Source of the DNA: Felis catus
Taxonomy: Eukaryota
Assembly (NCBI RefSeq): GCF_018350175.1
Contig: NC_058368.1
Coordinates: 99,450,001-99,514,000, forward strand
DNA length: 64,000 nucleotides
Direction: 5' to 3'
Below, in pieces: positions 50,803 through 63,969 of the stretch. The translations under genes and the position numbers were made by a program. Within the stretch, counting starts at the first letter, position 1. Each line of letters starts with the position of its first letter. A model generated the notes under the pieces. The model did not search any database, was not told the DNA's origin, and saw nothing but the letters and a program-made list of their open reading frames with translations.

Positions 50803-52134
50803 AATATATTTAGCAGAACATCTTAGGTAAAAAAAAAAATAACAAATGGGACACACACTTCATCTCTGTAGTGAAGTTGAGGAAAAAGGTGAAGAAGGTG
50901 ATCTGACCCTGGAAAGATCAGATTTTTGTCACTTAGCCATCCTGATTATATAAGTGACTGATCAGATCTAACATGAAATTTGCAATGAATTATTTGCATT
51001 TCCATTTTGCCATGGTAATTACGTGATATTTTAAGTGCATCATAAAAATAATGACATGTAATGTTATGCATACAGAAATATATGCCCCAAACATATAATC
51101 TTAACTTCTGAGCCAATGTATGGACATTCTGACTCTGTATAAACAACAGCCAATGGCATGTACGTCTGTATCAAATGTGAAGAAAAGGACTTCTTTACAG
51201 ATTACTTGGTCTTGACTTTTTCCCGAAGATCCATTCCTTTGAATTTGCTTCTTGGTTGAAACACACAAAGCAGACCAGAATAAAACATTGACCTTGGAAA
51301 ATATATTTAAAATAAAGAAGGCAAGTTTCAAAACTTTGGAAGTAATTCCTGTGCTAACTTTTAATAGTGTTTTCTGTCTGAAATTCTAAGATAGTTATTA
51401 TGTATTTGATTTATAGAATGATAACTGTATATTGTCAGGCTTTATGATTATTTATATCTTAGGCCATTAAACATAATGTAGAAATTTTTAGATGCATATT
51501 TTTTAATAGAGGTGGTTCATCTTTGTCACATAAAGAGCATAGACAGACACTGTAGGCATCAGGCAAAGGTTACTGTGGAATGCTTACAATCAGTGCGCTC
51601 ATGACCTCCCATCCCCCAGCTTTCTGTATAGAATAATGAGGTGTGCTGAAGTCAGTGCCGCCAAACTATGGAAAGTGCTGCAGTAGAGGGACAAGGTGTC
51701 ATTATTGAGTATATTTACAGGAGAACTAGGAGGGGGCCATGTAACAATGAGTGTTTTCTTTGATGGGAAACTAGCTTCATTTAAAAGAGAAGCAACAGAT
51801 CTGAGGAAGAGGAATTTGTATAAAACACATCTTTTATCACAGCTAGACACTCTTGTTCTTTGTCGAGCTGGCTCAATTACACCAAAGGACAAAGAGCAGT
51901 AAGGGAAAGGTTAGTGCCACCCAGGAAAGAAAAGCATTGTGTCTTTTTGATGTTCATATGGAAAATAAAACACAATGAATTCTATTGACATTTTTGAATA
52001 ATGGCAAGAGAATAAGGTAGTATCATTAAAATCTATCTCTCATCACCTAACCACAATTGTTAAAAATACTGAAAGTAAACAAATAACTCACAAGTAACAA
52101 CACAAAACCATTATTAAAAAGTATAAAACCTTAA

Positions 52135-52349
52135 GGGGCAGCTGGGTGGCTAAGTGGGTTGGGCATCTGACTGGCTCAGGTCATGATCTCACGGCTCATG
52201 AGTTTCAGCCCCGCGTTGGGTTCTGTGCTGATGGCTCAGAGCCTGTAGCCTGCTTTGGATTCTGTGTCTCCCTCTCTCTCTCTGTCCCTCCTCTTCTCAT
52301 GCTCTGTCTCTGTCTCTCAAAAATAAATAAACGTTAATTAAAAAAAAAT
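52135..52349 (+). mobile_element. Feline CanSINE
   Basis: Full body; TSD AAGTATA(A/C)AACCTTAA. Confidence 0.92.
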
Positions 52350-53773
52350 AAGTATACAACCTTAAAAAGTAAACACTTAGGAGAGGTTGTAACAGATGAC
52401 TGTATCCTGCATTGGCAAAAAAGTACAAGGATCGAGGTTGGGGAGAGAAGAAGGTGCGGAGAAGTGAAACCTTGCTGAATTCATCAGTTGATGAAGAAGC
52501 AGCCTGCAGTTTGGGCCAATATGTAACTTACACTTGTATGATTACCCATAATGCTATGTGCTCTTGAAAGGTAGTGTTGCACCCATCTCCTAAAGTATGA
52601 TCTGGATGAACATGCTATTAAAGCCTTAGCTGGGAAAGCATCAAGGAGAATTTCTCCAGATGATAACGGAGTATGTAGAAATGAATGGAGTTGCCCATAT
52701 TAAGGATATAAATAAAAAGACACGCAAGGCAAATTTAGAAACACATTAAATGGGAAGAGTGTGTGTGTGTGTATGAATGCACACACGCATGTTCCTGGGA
52801 AATAGAAAAAAAAAATACTCTCCAATCCAGCCCTCCCCCAACAAAGATAGTAGCAATTGAAAGCATTTGTATTTCTGAATGAACATTAAACCACAGTGTA
52901 AGGCATGTAACAGGCTTTTAGCTAACTGACTGCAAAGGCATGAATCCCACCTCCTCATACAGCCACACAGAGATGATCCAGTAAATACATCTTTTCAAGG
53001 TGGACTTCTGGTCCACAAGTAAGAGGACTTGTCCGCTTCGTTTGTCACACATAGATGGTTCAACTTTACCAAGTATCGGGGATGACCACCTGTGTTCGCT
53101 TTTTGGCTTTCTCCAGAGAGAAACAAACTTTTCCCGTCTTGATGGCAGAAGGCAGTTTAGGTATTTCGAGCAATGGTTAGGCGCCTCTAAGAACCTAGGC
53201 TTCCTGTCCTTGATGTTTCCATTTCAGAGAAATGGCTTCTTGGTCCTTGAGATAAATGTTTCTGCATTTTAGAACTGACAAAAGGCCTATCTAGTTTTCT
53301 ACAGTCAAAAAAAGAAAAAATGTGAAATTACAAAATTTCCAAAACATCTGAGTAAAAGAAGTTGGGAGAAGATGTTTTCCCCCTTATTTTGAACAGAGAG
53401 ATTAAGTATTTTATTTTTACCTGTATTTTTCCTAACAGAATGTATGTGTATGAACATATGGTAAAGATTTCAGCCTGGAAGAAAACATAATCTATCAGAA
53501 ATTTCCTAAAATAATTAAAAAATAAGGTATGCCGGAATATAGATATGGGTAGATCACTCATGGGATCGTGTTTTCATATTTCAGCAACTAATTTATTCAC
53601 ACTAAATCTAATCAATAAAGCTGGGTAAAAACATATTAATTGTAGTTATAGGAAAAATAAAGAATTTAAATCTAAGTGCATTTACCTGTGGGAAATGGGG
53701 AGAATGGATAAAGAGACTAATATTTGATTTTATACCTTTATTATTGTTTTTAGTTTAAAAAGAAACCAGATGT

Positions 53774-54165
53774 GGGGCACTTGTCTGGCTCAGTCAGTAG
53801 AGCTTGGGACTCCTGATCTCCAGGTTGTCAGTTCAAGCCTCATGTTAAGTGTGGGGTTTGAAGAGATTACATCAAAATAAGATCTTTAAAAAATGTATTA
53901 ATATCTAACTAGCAGGTAAATCAATAACTACAAAGTGACAGTAGAGAGGCGCCTGGGTGGTTCAGTCGGTTAAGCATCTGACTTCAGCTCAGGTCATGAT
54001 CTCTTGGTTCGTGAGTTTGAGCCCAGTGTCAGGCTCTGTGCTGACAGCTTGGATCCTGGATCCTGCCTTGGATTCTGTGTCTCTCTCTGACTTTCCCCTA
54101 CTCATATACTCATTGTCTCTCTGTCTCCTCTCTCTCTCAAACATAACCATTATTTTTTTTTTAAA
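53774..54165 (+). mobile_element. Short tRNA-like CanSINE (53774-53893) and CanSINE (53946-54165)
   Basis: Heads GGGGCACTTGTCTGGCTCAG and GGCGCCTGGGTGGTTCAG; TSD AAAGTGACA(G/T)TAGA around the second. Confidence 0.88.
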
Positions 54166-54779
54166 GTGACATTAGAAAAAACATACATTAGAAGTACTTA
54201 GAACCAGAATGGACATGATTTGTACTTTAATCAGTGATGACCCTCCTTCTCAGAGTTGTTGGCCCTATAGAAGAGGTCTGTGCTATACTCTCACATTCTT
54301 TAATGTGAGGTTTATAGTGTGCGTATAACTCATACCCTTTTATGTCTCTAAATGTTGACTTTTTAATTCTCTAGGATTAAAATGGTCTAAGTTATCTGTG
54401 CAATAAAGGCAATTGTTTTATAAGGAATTTTCTATTAATATGTATGGTACTTGTGAGTATAACAAACCAAAACTCCAAAACAATGCCTGGAAAACCCAGC
54501 AAAACTAGAAAGGATTTCCAAGTAAGAATTGATGGTACAAATAGCATACATATTTTTAACAGCATATCTTAGTTTATGTTGTTTTTCCAAATTTTTCTAC
54601 TGATTTGTGTAACACTTAAAAAAAATTAGGTTTTATATATCATCTATATACTTTTTTTAGATTCTGCTTTTTCACTGAATAGTTATGAGTATTTTCTCAA
54701 TTAAAGTTCATAGAAATTATTAATAGCTGACATTTCATTTTTCTAGAGGGGCTGTCATTTTAAACACATTCTTGGGGAT

Positions 54780-57700
54780 TTTGTTGAAACATAATTGACA
54801 TAAAGTATTCTGTTAGTTTCAGGTGCACATGACAGTAATTCAATATTTTTACACATTAGGATGTATAATTACCATTTCTCACCATACAGTTACTACCATG
54901 TTATTCCCTATATTCCCCATCCTGTACATTATATCCCCATGACTTACTTTATAACTGGAAGTTTATCCCTCTTAATCTCCCTCACCTGTATCCCCCCCTA
55001 CGCTTACCCTCTGCTTTCTAGCAACCAGTAGTTTCTTTTCTGTAATTATGACTATGTTTCTGTTTTGTTCATTTGTTTTTATTTTAGATTCTACATATAA
55101 GTGAAAACATGATACTGGTCAGTAGCATGTTGTTTAGCCTCCCTGTGTTTACATGTGTGTGTGTGTTTCCATTTTTCTTCTTGTAGTTGATTTCTCATTT
55201 TCTACCATCGTGGTCAGAACAGATGGTTGATATGATTTCAGTCTTTTAGAATTTGTTGAGATTTGTTTTGTGGTTTAACATGATATATCCTGGAGCGTAT
55301 TCCATGTGCACTTAAAAGTACATAAATTCTGCAGTTTTGGAGTGAAATGTTCGTATATATAGCCAGTAAATCCATCTGGTCTAATGTTTTAAAGCCACTA
55401 CTTCCTTACTGATTTTCTGTCTGGATGTTCCATCTTCTGGTATCAGTGGGGTTGTAAAGACCCCTACTATTATTGTATGACTGTCATGTTCTCCCTTTAG
55501 GTCTACTAATAATTGTTTTATATATTTAGATGTTCCTCTGTTGAATGTGTAAATATTTATAAATGTTGTATCCTTTCTTGGATTGACTCCTTTACCATTA
55601 CATAACACTCTTCTTTGTCTTTTGTTAAAGTATTTATTTGAAAGTATTTTGTCTGATACATGTATTGCTACTCCAGCTTTCTTTTTATTTCCATTTGTGG
55701 GGAATATTTTTTCCATCCCTTCACTTGCAGCCCATGTAGGTCAGTAGATCTGTTGTGAGTCTCCTATTCATTCAGCCACCCCGTATTTTTTTTAAGTTTA
55801 TTTATTTATTTTGAGAGAGAGAGAGAGAATACAAGTGAGGGAGGTGCAGAGAGAAAGGGGGAGAAAGAGGGAATCCCAAGCATTCCTCACTCTCAGTGCA
55901 GGGCCTGGAGCGTAATGCGGAGCTAGAACTCATGAACTGTGAGATCATGACTGGAGCTGAAGTTGGATGCTTACCTGACTGAACCATCCAGGTTCCCCAA
56001 CGCTTTATTGGAGCATTTAGTTCATTTACATATAAAGGAATTATTGATAGGTATATAATCATGACCATTTTGTTAATTATTTTCTCTGTTTCTTTCTTCT
56101 TGGTCTCTTTGATTATAATCTGATGGTTTTCTTTAGTGTCATATTTGGGTTCCTTTCTCTTAATTTTTTTTGCAGGTTTTGCTTATGTGATTACCATAAA
56201 GTTTATATATATTGACCTATACATATAGCCATCTATTAGAAGCTGATAGTCACTTAAGCTCAAAAGTATTCTAAATTTTTTAAATATTTATTTATTTTTG
56301 AGAGAGAGAGAGAGAGATCGAGCATGAGCTGGGGAGGGGCAGAGAGAGAGGAGACCAAATATCTGAAGCAGGCTCCAAGCTCTGAGCTATCAGCACAGAG
56401 CCCAATGTGAGGCTTGAACCCACAAACTGTGAGATCATGACATGAGCCAAAGTCTGACGCCTAAGCGACTGAATCACCCAAGCATGCCAAGTTCAAAAGT
56501 ATTCTAAAAGCAGTTTCTTTTTACTCCTCCTCCTTACATTTTCTGCTTTTGATGTGACATTTTATATTTTTATTTTGTATATCCCTTAACTACTGGTCGA
56601 TGATAAGACATTTTTTTGTCTTACACTTTCATAATTGCATTTTAAGTGTTTTTTCCATTGCCTTTACTATATACGTGCCTTCACCAGTAAGATTTTTTTT
56701 CTTGCATATATTTTCTCATCAACAGTTAAGGGATTTTTGTTTCTACTTAAAGAAACTTTCACATTTCTTGTAAGGCCAGTTTAGGAGTGATGAACTCCTT
56801 AAATTTCGTTGGTCTGGGAAACTGTCACTGTGGTTCTTTCTAAATGATAACCTTGTTAGGTAGAGTATTCTTGCTTGTACATTTGTCCCTTTCAGCCCAT
56901 GAAGTATATCTTGCCACTTCCTTCTTGCGTGCAGAGTTTCTGCTTAAAAATAAGCTAATAGTTTCACCAGGTTTCCTTTGTTGGTGACTATTTGTTTTTC
57001 TCTTGCCACCATTATGATTCTCCCTCTTATTGTTAATTTTGTCATTTTAATTGTAACATTTCTTGGTGTAGATATCTTTGGGTTTATGTTGTTTGGGACT
57101 CACTGTGCTTCCTGGACCTGCAGGTTTGTTTCCTTCCCCGGGTGGGGGAAGTTTGCAGTCATATTTCTTCCAAGAAGTTTCTGCCCCTTTCTCTCCCTCT
57201 TCTCTTTCTAGAACTCTGATAATGTAAAAGTTAGTGTATTTGATGTTGTCTGAGAGGTCTCTTAAACTTGTGTCATTTTTTTATTCACATTGCTTTCCCC
57301 TGATTTGGTAATTTCCACTACTCAGACTTTCAGATTCTCTCAAGTGTATTTTTTTTTATTTCATTTACTGTATTCTTCAGCTCTTTGCTTCTTTATTATA
57401 CTTTTTATCTCTTTTTTGAAGTTCTTGCTGAATTCATCATTTTGTTCCCCTCAAGTCTGGTGAACATCAGTAACACCATAACTTTGACCTCTATTGGGTA
57501 AGTGACTTACCTCCATTTCATTAGATTTTTTTCCCCTCTGGCTTTATCTTATTCTTTCATTTTGAACATATTCCTGTCTTGCCTTTTTGTTTGACTTTCT
57601 GTATTCATGTCTATGAATTAGAAGTAACAGCTACCTATCAGAGTCTTGAAGGAATGCCCTTCTGTAAGAGTGTCCCCTGTGTAGACCATGTGTGCTTACT

Positions 57701-57915
57701 GGTTTTGGGAGGCTGACCGGAATCGGCAGTAGGCACAGGCTGGGGGAATTCTATTTCTACCTGGGAAACATGCTTGGAGCTAGCATGAGCACAAGGGGGA
57801 GGTGTCCCAGGTCACACCATGCCAGGGTGACCCCAGCAGGATGGCTGGACCAAGTGGTGCAAGCCAGGACTGTCCCTAGATATACCATGCCTTGGTCGCC
57901 TTGGCAGGACAGTTA
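54780..57915 (-). mobile_element. L1 relic (5'UTR, ORF1, ORF2 endonuclease domain joined to 3'UTR) with SINEs 55786-55998 and 56275-56488
   Basis: APE-endonuclease-like translation KKKAGVAIHVSDK...INIY...TIIVGVFTTPL; 3'UTR text at 54780-55115. Confidence 0.85.
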
Positions 57916-58671
57916 GGAGATATAAATTCTTCAAATGTATTACATTATAAATAATTCCAGGGCAACAATTTATATAGCAATAGATCTGTCTGGTATTCCT
58001 ACTTACTTTCTCATGTTAAGGAAGTGCAATAATTTCTTACAATTTTGAAAACATTTTGAGGTTTCCTAGACAGAATGGCAGAATATCCCTCAGGAGGTTT
58101 GAATAACTTAGTATTTAAATAAATTAATAAGAATAAAAATGGATTTTTGCATATCTCTGTCTGGAGTTTGTATAGTGGTCCGAAAGGTATCTATTACCTG
58201 CTTATCCATGACCTTTCTTCATTGTCGAGATTAGCCTCCTTTTCCAAGTTAGACAATGCTGTTCCATCTCATTCACCTTCTTTACACTTTCAGTGACAAA
58301 TGAAGTTGTCAAAATAAATGGGAGAAAAGTATGGGGAGGGTCATTGCTGGTGAAAAGCTGTTACTTATTTAAGTTTGTTCCGTGTCAGCAATTCTCCTTC
58401 CGAGCATTCTGTGACAGTGATGTTCAAGGAATGAAGTGCTGTTGGAGAACCTGCTTTCAAAGGAGTTTTGATCACCGGTGTGACGGCAATGTAATGCTAC
58501 TATGATGTGGTGAACAGTTTATTTCTTTAAGTTGTACTTTTCACCGTAACATTTCATTTGCATTGGTATGGAAGGCCCATGAAGATACCTTGGCCCTTGT
58601 CATTTACAAGTTTTATTAACTTGGGCAAGTCCCTTAAAACAACAACAACAACAACAACAACAAAAACGCCT

Positions 58672-59465
58672 TGGGGATCCTGGGTGGCTCTGTCAGTTAA
58701 GCATCTGACTCTTGATTTCCACTCAGGTCATGATCTCAAGGTTTGTGAGTTGGAGCCCCACATCAGGCTCTGCGCACTGACTGTGCAGAGCCTACTTGAG
58801 ATTCTCTCTCTCCCTCTCTCTCTCTGCCTCTACCCCATTTGTCCTCTGTCTCTCTCAAAGTAAATAAAATTAAAAACAAAACGAAAAGCTTGAGACATCT
58901 GGGTGGCTCAGTCGGTTAAGCATCCAACTTTGGTTGGCTCAGGTCACGACCTCAGATTGTGGGTTCGAGCCCCGCATCGGGCTCTGTGCTGACAGCTCAG
59001 AGCCTGGAGCCTGCTTCAGATTCTGTGTCTCCCTTTCTCTCTGCTCTATCTCTGCTTGTGCTTTGTATCTCTCTTTCAAAAATACACATTAAAAAAAAAC
59101 TTACTCTCAGTTTCCTTTTTCATATGTAACACTTGATCACATACTGTGAAAATCAGCTTATGTAGTTGCAAGAACAGAAAAGGACTAAGGGAAGAAAGGA
59201 TACAGACAGGAGACAGAATAAGAAAGGAAGAGAAGGGCGCCTGGATGGTTCAGTCAGTTAACTAAATTCAGCTCAGGTTTGATCTCGTGGTTCATCGGTT
59301 CATTTCCTGTGTCGAGCTCTGTGCTGACAACTCTGAGCCTGGAACCTGCTTCAGATTCTGTGTCTCCCTCTCTCTCTCTGCTCCTCCCCTGCTCATGCTC
59401 ACACTCACATGCTCTCTCTCTCTCTCTCTCTCTCAAAAATAAATAAAAACATTAAAAAATTAAAA
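58672..59465 (+). mobile_element. Three CanSINEs (58672-58880, 58891-59099, 59235-59465); the first two interrupt a MIR
   Basis: SINE bodies; MIR halves AACTTGGGCAAGTCCCTTAA (58618-58638) and CTCAGTTTCC (59106-59115). Confidence 0.88.
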
Positions 59466-61376
59466 GAAAGAAATAGAGAAGAAGAAGAACAAAGACAGAG
59501 AAATAGAAATTGACAGGAAAATTAAGAATATTGAGGTAAAATTTCTTTATTTCTTCATGGTTGTCTACATACTCAGTGGAGGACCCATGGGCTAGTCCTG
59601 TCTGACTGGGGAGGCACGAAAGGAAGACCATGCAACAGAATGAAAAGAGTAGCCTCTGTTTATTCTTGGAAAGCATAAAGAAAATCATAGATACAGTGCC
59701 GTAAATTCTTATAACTCTTTCATGTTTCTACTTATACTTACAAATATACACATAATTAAATGTCACTGTTAAAAAAGTAAACTGTACCACATAACAGAAT
59801 GGTAAAAGTTAGCAAACAATTTTAAATGATGAGGTACCTACTGGGTTCCTCATCAGTCATTCATTTTCTCTCACTGGCTTCATTCATTATACTTGAGTCA
59901 TGTCACCCCCTGAAGATTTCATTTGTTTGTCATAATATAGAATGGGTTAACATTAGTTGTTAAATTATTTTCTATCTTCTGTGAAGTTAATCGCATCTAC
60001 ACCTTCTAGCTTTAAGTTTTATCTTTCTTTTTCTCTCTGGCCTTCACACATGGACTTATGCCAGTTTGATTGATGCTTAAGCTGTGTAGTAAAGTAGGTC
60101 TCCTAGAAAATCACATTTACCTTTTAGGACAATAGCTTTTCAGGTTGAAAGCTCTAGAAACAGCCTATAAAGCGATTTCCCATGGTCAAAAGAGTCATTT
60201 TTTTTAGCATCTAAAATGGCCTCTGGGGCCCTAAAATTATTTAATCGTTGGGATAAATTAGGTAGAAAATTTAGACAAATAACCAATTTGTCTTTTTATT
60301 GCATGGGATTTTTTGAATGAGTTAATTGGTCGGTCAGTTGTAAAATTTGATTTAGTGAAACCAATCTAGCAATGCTTTATAATCAGAGAATAATAGCAAA
60401 GAAATTAAAATACCTGGGTCACCTAATGTCATGCTTTCATTTTTTTGAGAAGTCTATCCTGTGTTCTCAGCTGCAGGATCCTTTCCATCCAACCTGGGCA
60501 TTTTGACAAATTTACCAGTGATACGATTACTGTGTACTATGATTTCTTGAGCTGAGACGCTTCACTGAAAGTTCTGGGTCAGTGAACATGGCTTTTGGAT
60601 CCCTGTGTCTGAAAACTAACTTGAACTACTTAGTAAAAGCAAAATCAGGGCTATAATAACTCACATAACCTGGGAAGTAGAGAATTTAACTTGGTTTATC
60701 ATGTGACAGATTTAAGGTACCAAAGAGTGTGCTCATAGCCCAGTTTCAAAAAAAAAAAAAAAATCCCTCTCAGTATTCATCTGTGTAGAGAGAGCTGCTT
60801 ACAGATGGCTAGGGAAAATAGTCATCAACCAGTTTAAATATAAATGGTCCTTACAGTTTATGGCTTAAGGTGGGCTTCTTTGATTTTTTTTTTTTTTTTA
60901 ATCTCATGACCCTCTCAACCATACCTTTAGTATTGTAAGGAGTTGAGTTGGATACTATGATGGGCATGCTATCAAAGAGATAGAACTAGGAAGAGGTGAT
61001 TTGCAGAGTAAAAAAGTGTTAAGCTTTTTAGATTATATGGGAAGATTTGTTTGGGACAGCCAAACAATAAATACTATTTTTAGCAGCTCTGCTATTTGGC
61101 ACTGCATCTAAAAGCTTGAGTTTGTGTGACATCTTCACTTAAAAGCACTTCTTCTTAAAACCAAAAAAAAAAAAAGTTACAGGGATGTTTTCTACTTAAA
61201 ATTGCAATGACTGAACAGTTGCCATTGTGCTAATGAAGCTGAAAGAAAAGCAATTAAAAATCCTAATGTCTGAAAAATGACATCCATTAAACCTTCATTA
61301 TACTGCTATTAACTAAGGGAGTCTATTATGTCACACAGTAGATGTTAGAGATGATCAGTTTGGAAGATACAAGTGC

Positions 61377-61420
61377 CTTATTTAAATATATTTTTTTTTT
61401 TATATTTACCGTAGGTAAGT
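61377..61420 (+). other. Candidate recursive splice site (3'SS immediately followed by 5'SS)
   Basis: CTTAT branch-like motif, T-rich AG-free tract, TAG|GTAAGT. Confidence 0.4.
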
Positions 61421-62217
61421 TTTTTTTTAATTTTTATAAAACACATTAGCCACAAATTGTATTTAATTTTGTTATGAATCTCTAAATACATCCTGTATGA
61501 AGAAATTATAGATGTGAACACTCAAATTAGTAGCTTTACATTGATAGCATTATGTATAGTTGTATCTATAAGTTGCACATTTTTTTCATGCTTAATTTTG
61601 ACATGGTCACTGCTCCAATGTTTGCCTAGCTCAACTAAATATTTAACCAGAATTGAAGAACATGGGCCCTCTTAAATAGGACCATATTAAACATCGATAC
61701 ATATCTCCGAAATAAAGTAAGCATACCTAATAGCAACACCTTAGGAAAACATGCCCTTCAAGTGAGAATAATACCTCTGAAGCCACACAATGCCAGATTT
61801 TGAACTCAAAAAATGGTTGGAAGTGAAAACAGTGTAGTTGATTCTTTAGGATACTGAAACGTGTATTGAAACATAGACTGTTTGTTCATAAAACTGGATG
61901 TAAGGACAATTGATAGACAAAATTGAAAAAATATTCCTGCATTTACCTCTACTTTAAAGGAAGAGCACATTCATAGGTCAGCTCTCCAATTTAGAATTCT
62001 ACTTTCTTGTTCAGGCATATTACTTATGTCTGTTATGTTTAGATCCCTGGGCTTGACCTCTTCTCGGAGATTCCTGCTTTCTTGGTCATCTTACCTTTCC
62101 TAAATTCTGTCCTTTCCTGGATTAGCTTATTCCCCCTTTGACTTTATTCTCTTTGGTTGTCTTTATGGTCTGCAAACATGTAAGAAAAGAAAAAGATTTT
62201 TTTGAAAAGGAGACGTA

Positions 62218-62635
62218 TCCTTTCCTTCCTCAGGGTTCATCTGTTGTGTTTCTCAAATTCCGCCTGAGTGAAATCATATGGCACCTTTCTTTCTCTGACT
62301 GACTTATTTCACTTAGCATAATATCCTCTAGCTCCATCCATGTTGTTGCAAATGGCAAGATTTCATTCTTTTTCATCTCTGAGCAGTGTTCTGTTGTGTA
62401 TATGTACACCACATCTTCTTTATCCACTCATTTAAGAGGCTCTTAAATACAGAGGACAAACTGAGGGTTGCTGGAGGGGAGGTGGGTAGGGGGGTGGGTT
62501 AAATGGGTGATGGACATTAAGGAGGGCCCTTTTAGGGATGAGTACTAGGTGTCCTATGTAAGAAATGAATCGATGGGTTCTACTCCTGAAGCCAGAATAT
62601 ACATTAACTAACTTGAATTTAATTTTTTAAAAAAA
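62218..62635 (+). mobile_element. 5'-inverted (twin-primed) feline L1 3' fragment
   Basis: 62218-62430 is antisense ORF2 end (ILPFATTWMELEDIMLSEISQSEK); 62433-62635 is sense 3'UTR with an A tail. Confidence 0.88.
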
Positions 62636-62749
62636 GGTGCCTCATCATGGGTCAAGAATTTATTTTACCGTGGTAATTTCATATTATGGGCTCATAGAAC
62701 TATAATTCAGTTGCTACTATCTGCCTAAAGGCAGTGAAATGCAGAAATT

Positions 62750-62920
62750 AAGGTTATTAGCTTTGGGGTCGCACACATTGGAGTATTACCAGTATTAAGT
62801 AAATTAAGTTTCTGATACCTACTTTCTTCACGTGTAAATAAATACAATATTAATACAAGTTCAACCTCATAGATAGGTAAACACTCAATAATTGCTTCAC
62901 ATTAATAGCTATAGTAGTAA
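62750..62920 (+). mobile_element. MIR relic
   Basis: GCTTTGGGGTC...TGTAAATAAA...TAATAC...ACCTCATAG...TAAACACTCAATAA. Confidence 0.55.
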
Positions 62921-63969
62921 CTTGCTTCTGTGGAACAGGAATGTCTAAGTTTCAGAGGCACAAATAGGAGACACATGATATGATAATCTTCAGCTCTGTT
63001 GCTTAATGTTCTCAGATTAAGATGCTTTAATAAGCAAAACCATTATCCAGGATGCCAAAGAATAATCTAAAAAGTATGCCCTATCCCAAGTTATTTTGGT
63101 ATAATCTCAAATATGTATAAGACATTGAATAAATATCCTTTCCATTTCTTCAATTTTCTATCATTTATTTAACAGAACTAAACTTCTCCATTGATCATCA
63201 GGGCGTAAACTACCAAGGAACCGAGTGCAATTGCTTTCTGGAACTTCTATCTAGCATCTAACACCATACTCCTGTTAAATACCAACTATGAAAAGACCCA
63301 AATAACACAAGGTTATAATGGAGCTATTTCATATCTATTTTATTGCATTTCCATAGGAAAATCTTTTGTTCTTCCCTGACCAGCTTTCTCCTCTACTTTA
63401 CCCCAAACTCAAGCATGAGCCATGGACGTGTTGAGTCTTGTAATATTTGGGTATTTTTACTGAGGCTTAGTTGTTGTGACCACATTAGCTTCTGACTTGT
63501 TCTAGGTTGTAAGTCAAATTATGTCCACAAATTTTCAAAAAATGATACTGTGCAACAATAATAGCAAATATATATAACCTACCTCTGTGGAGTAACCAGA
63601 TGATACAGACAATAAACTATAAACCTTAGTTTGAGTGGCAAAATGAATATCTGAGATCAGCAGAATCCAGGTCACTACCTGCAGATGGGCTATAAGTCTG
63701 ATGATAGATGCACAAAAGAATAGGGAACAGTAAGGCCTTAATAGTAGAAGAAGCCAGACAACTTGAGCAAAGGTACTTCCTGAAGAAGGTGATTGCGTTC
63801 AGCATCCAAACTCTGTGCCCATCTGTGTGAAGGCACAGTTCAGAGCCATCTCAGCAGATGAATTGAAAGGAAAATGTGTGGCACAGTGTGTTTTCTGGGG
63901 GGGAAGAAGCAGCTATTAAGGAAATGGACTAAAACTACTAACGCTAAGAACTGGTTTAAAATATAGCAG

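Noticed and set aside
51101..51331. Minus-strand ORF with an acceptor-like site at 51292
   Set aside because: The AAG acceptor is weak, there is no good donor, and no frame gives a recognisable peptide
55381..55716. Endonuclease-like ORF
   Set aside because: A frameshifted L1 ORF2 relic, not a host gene or an active element
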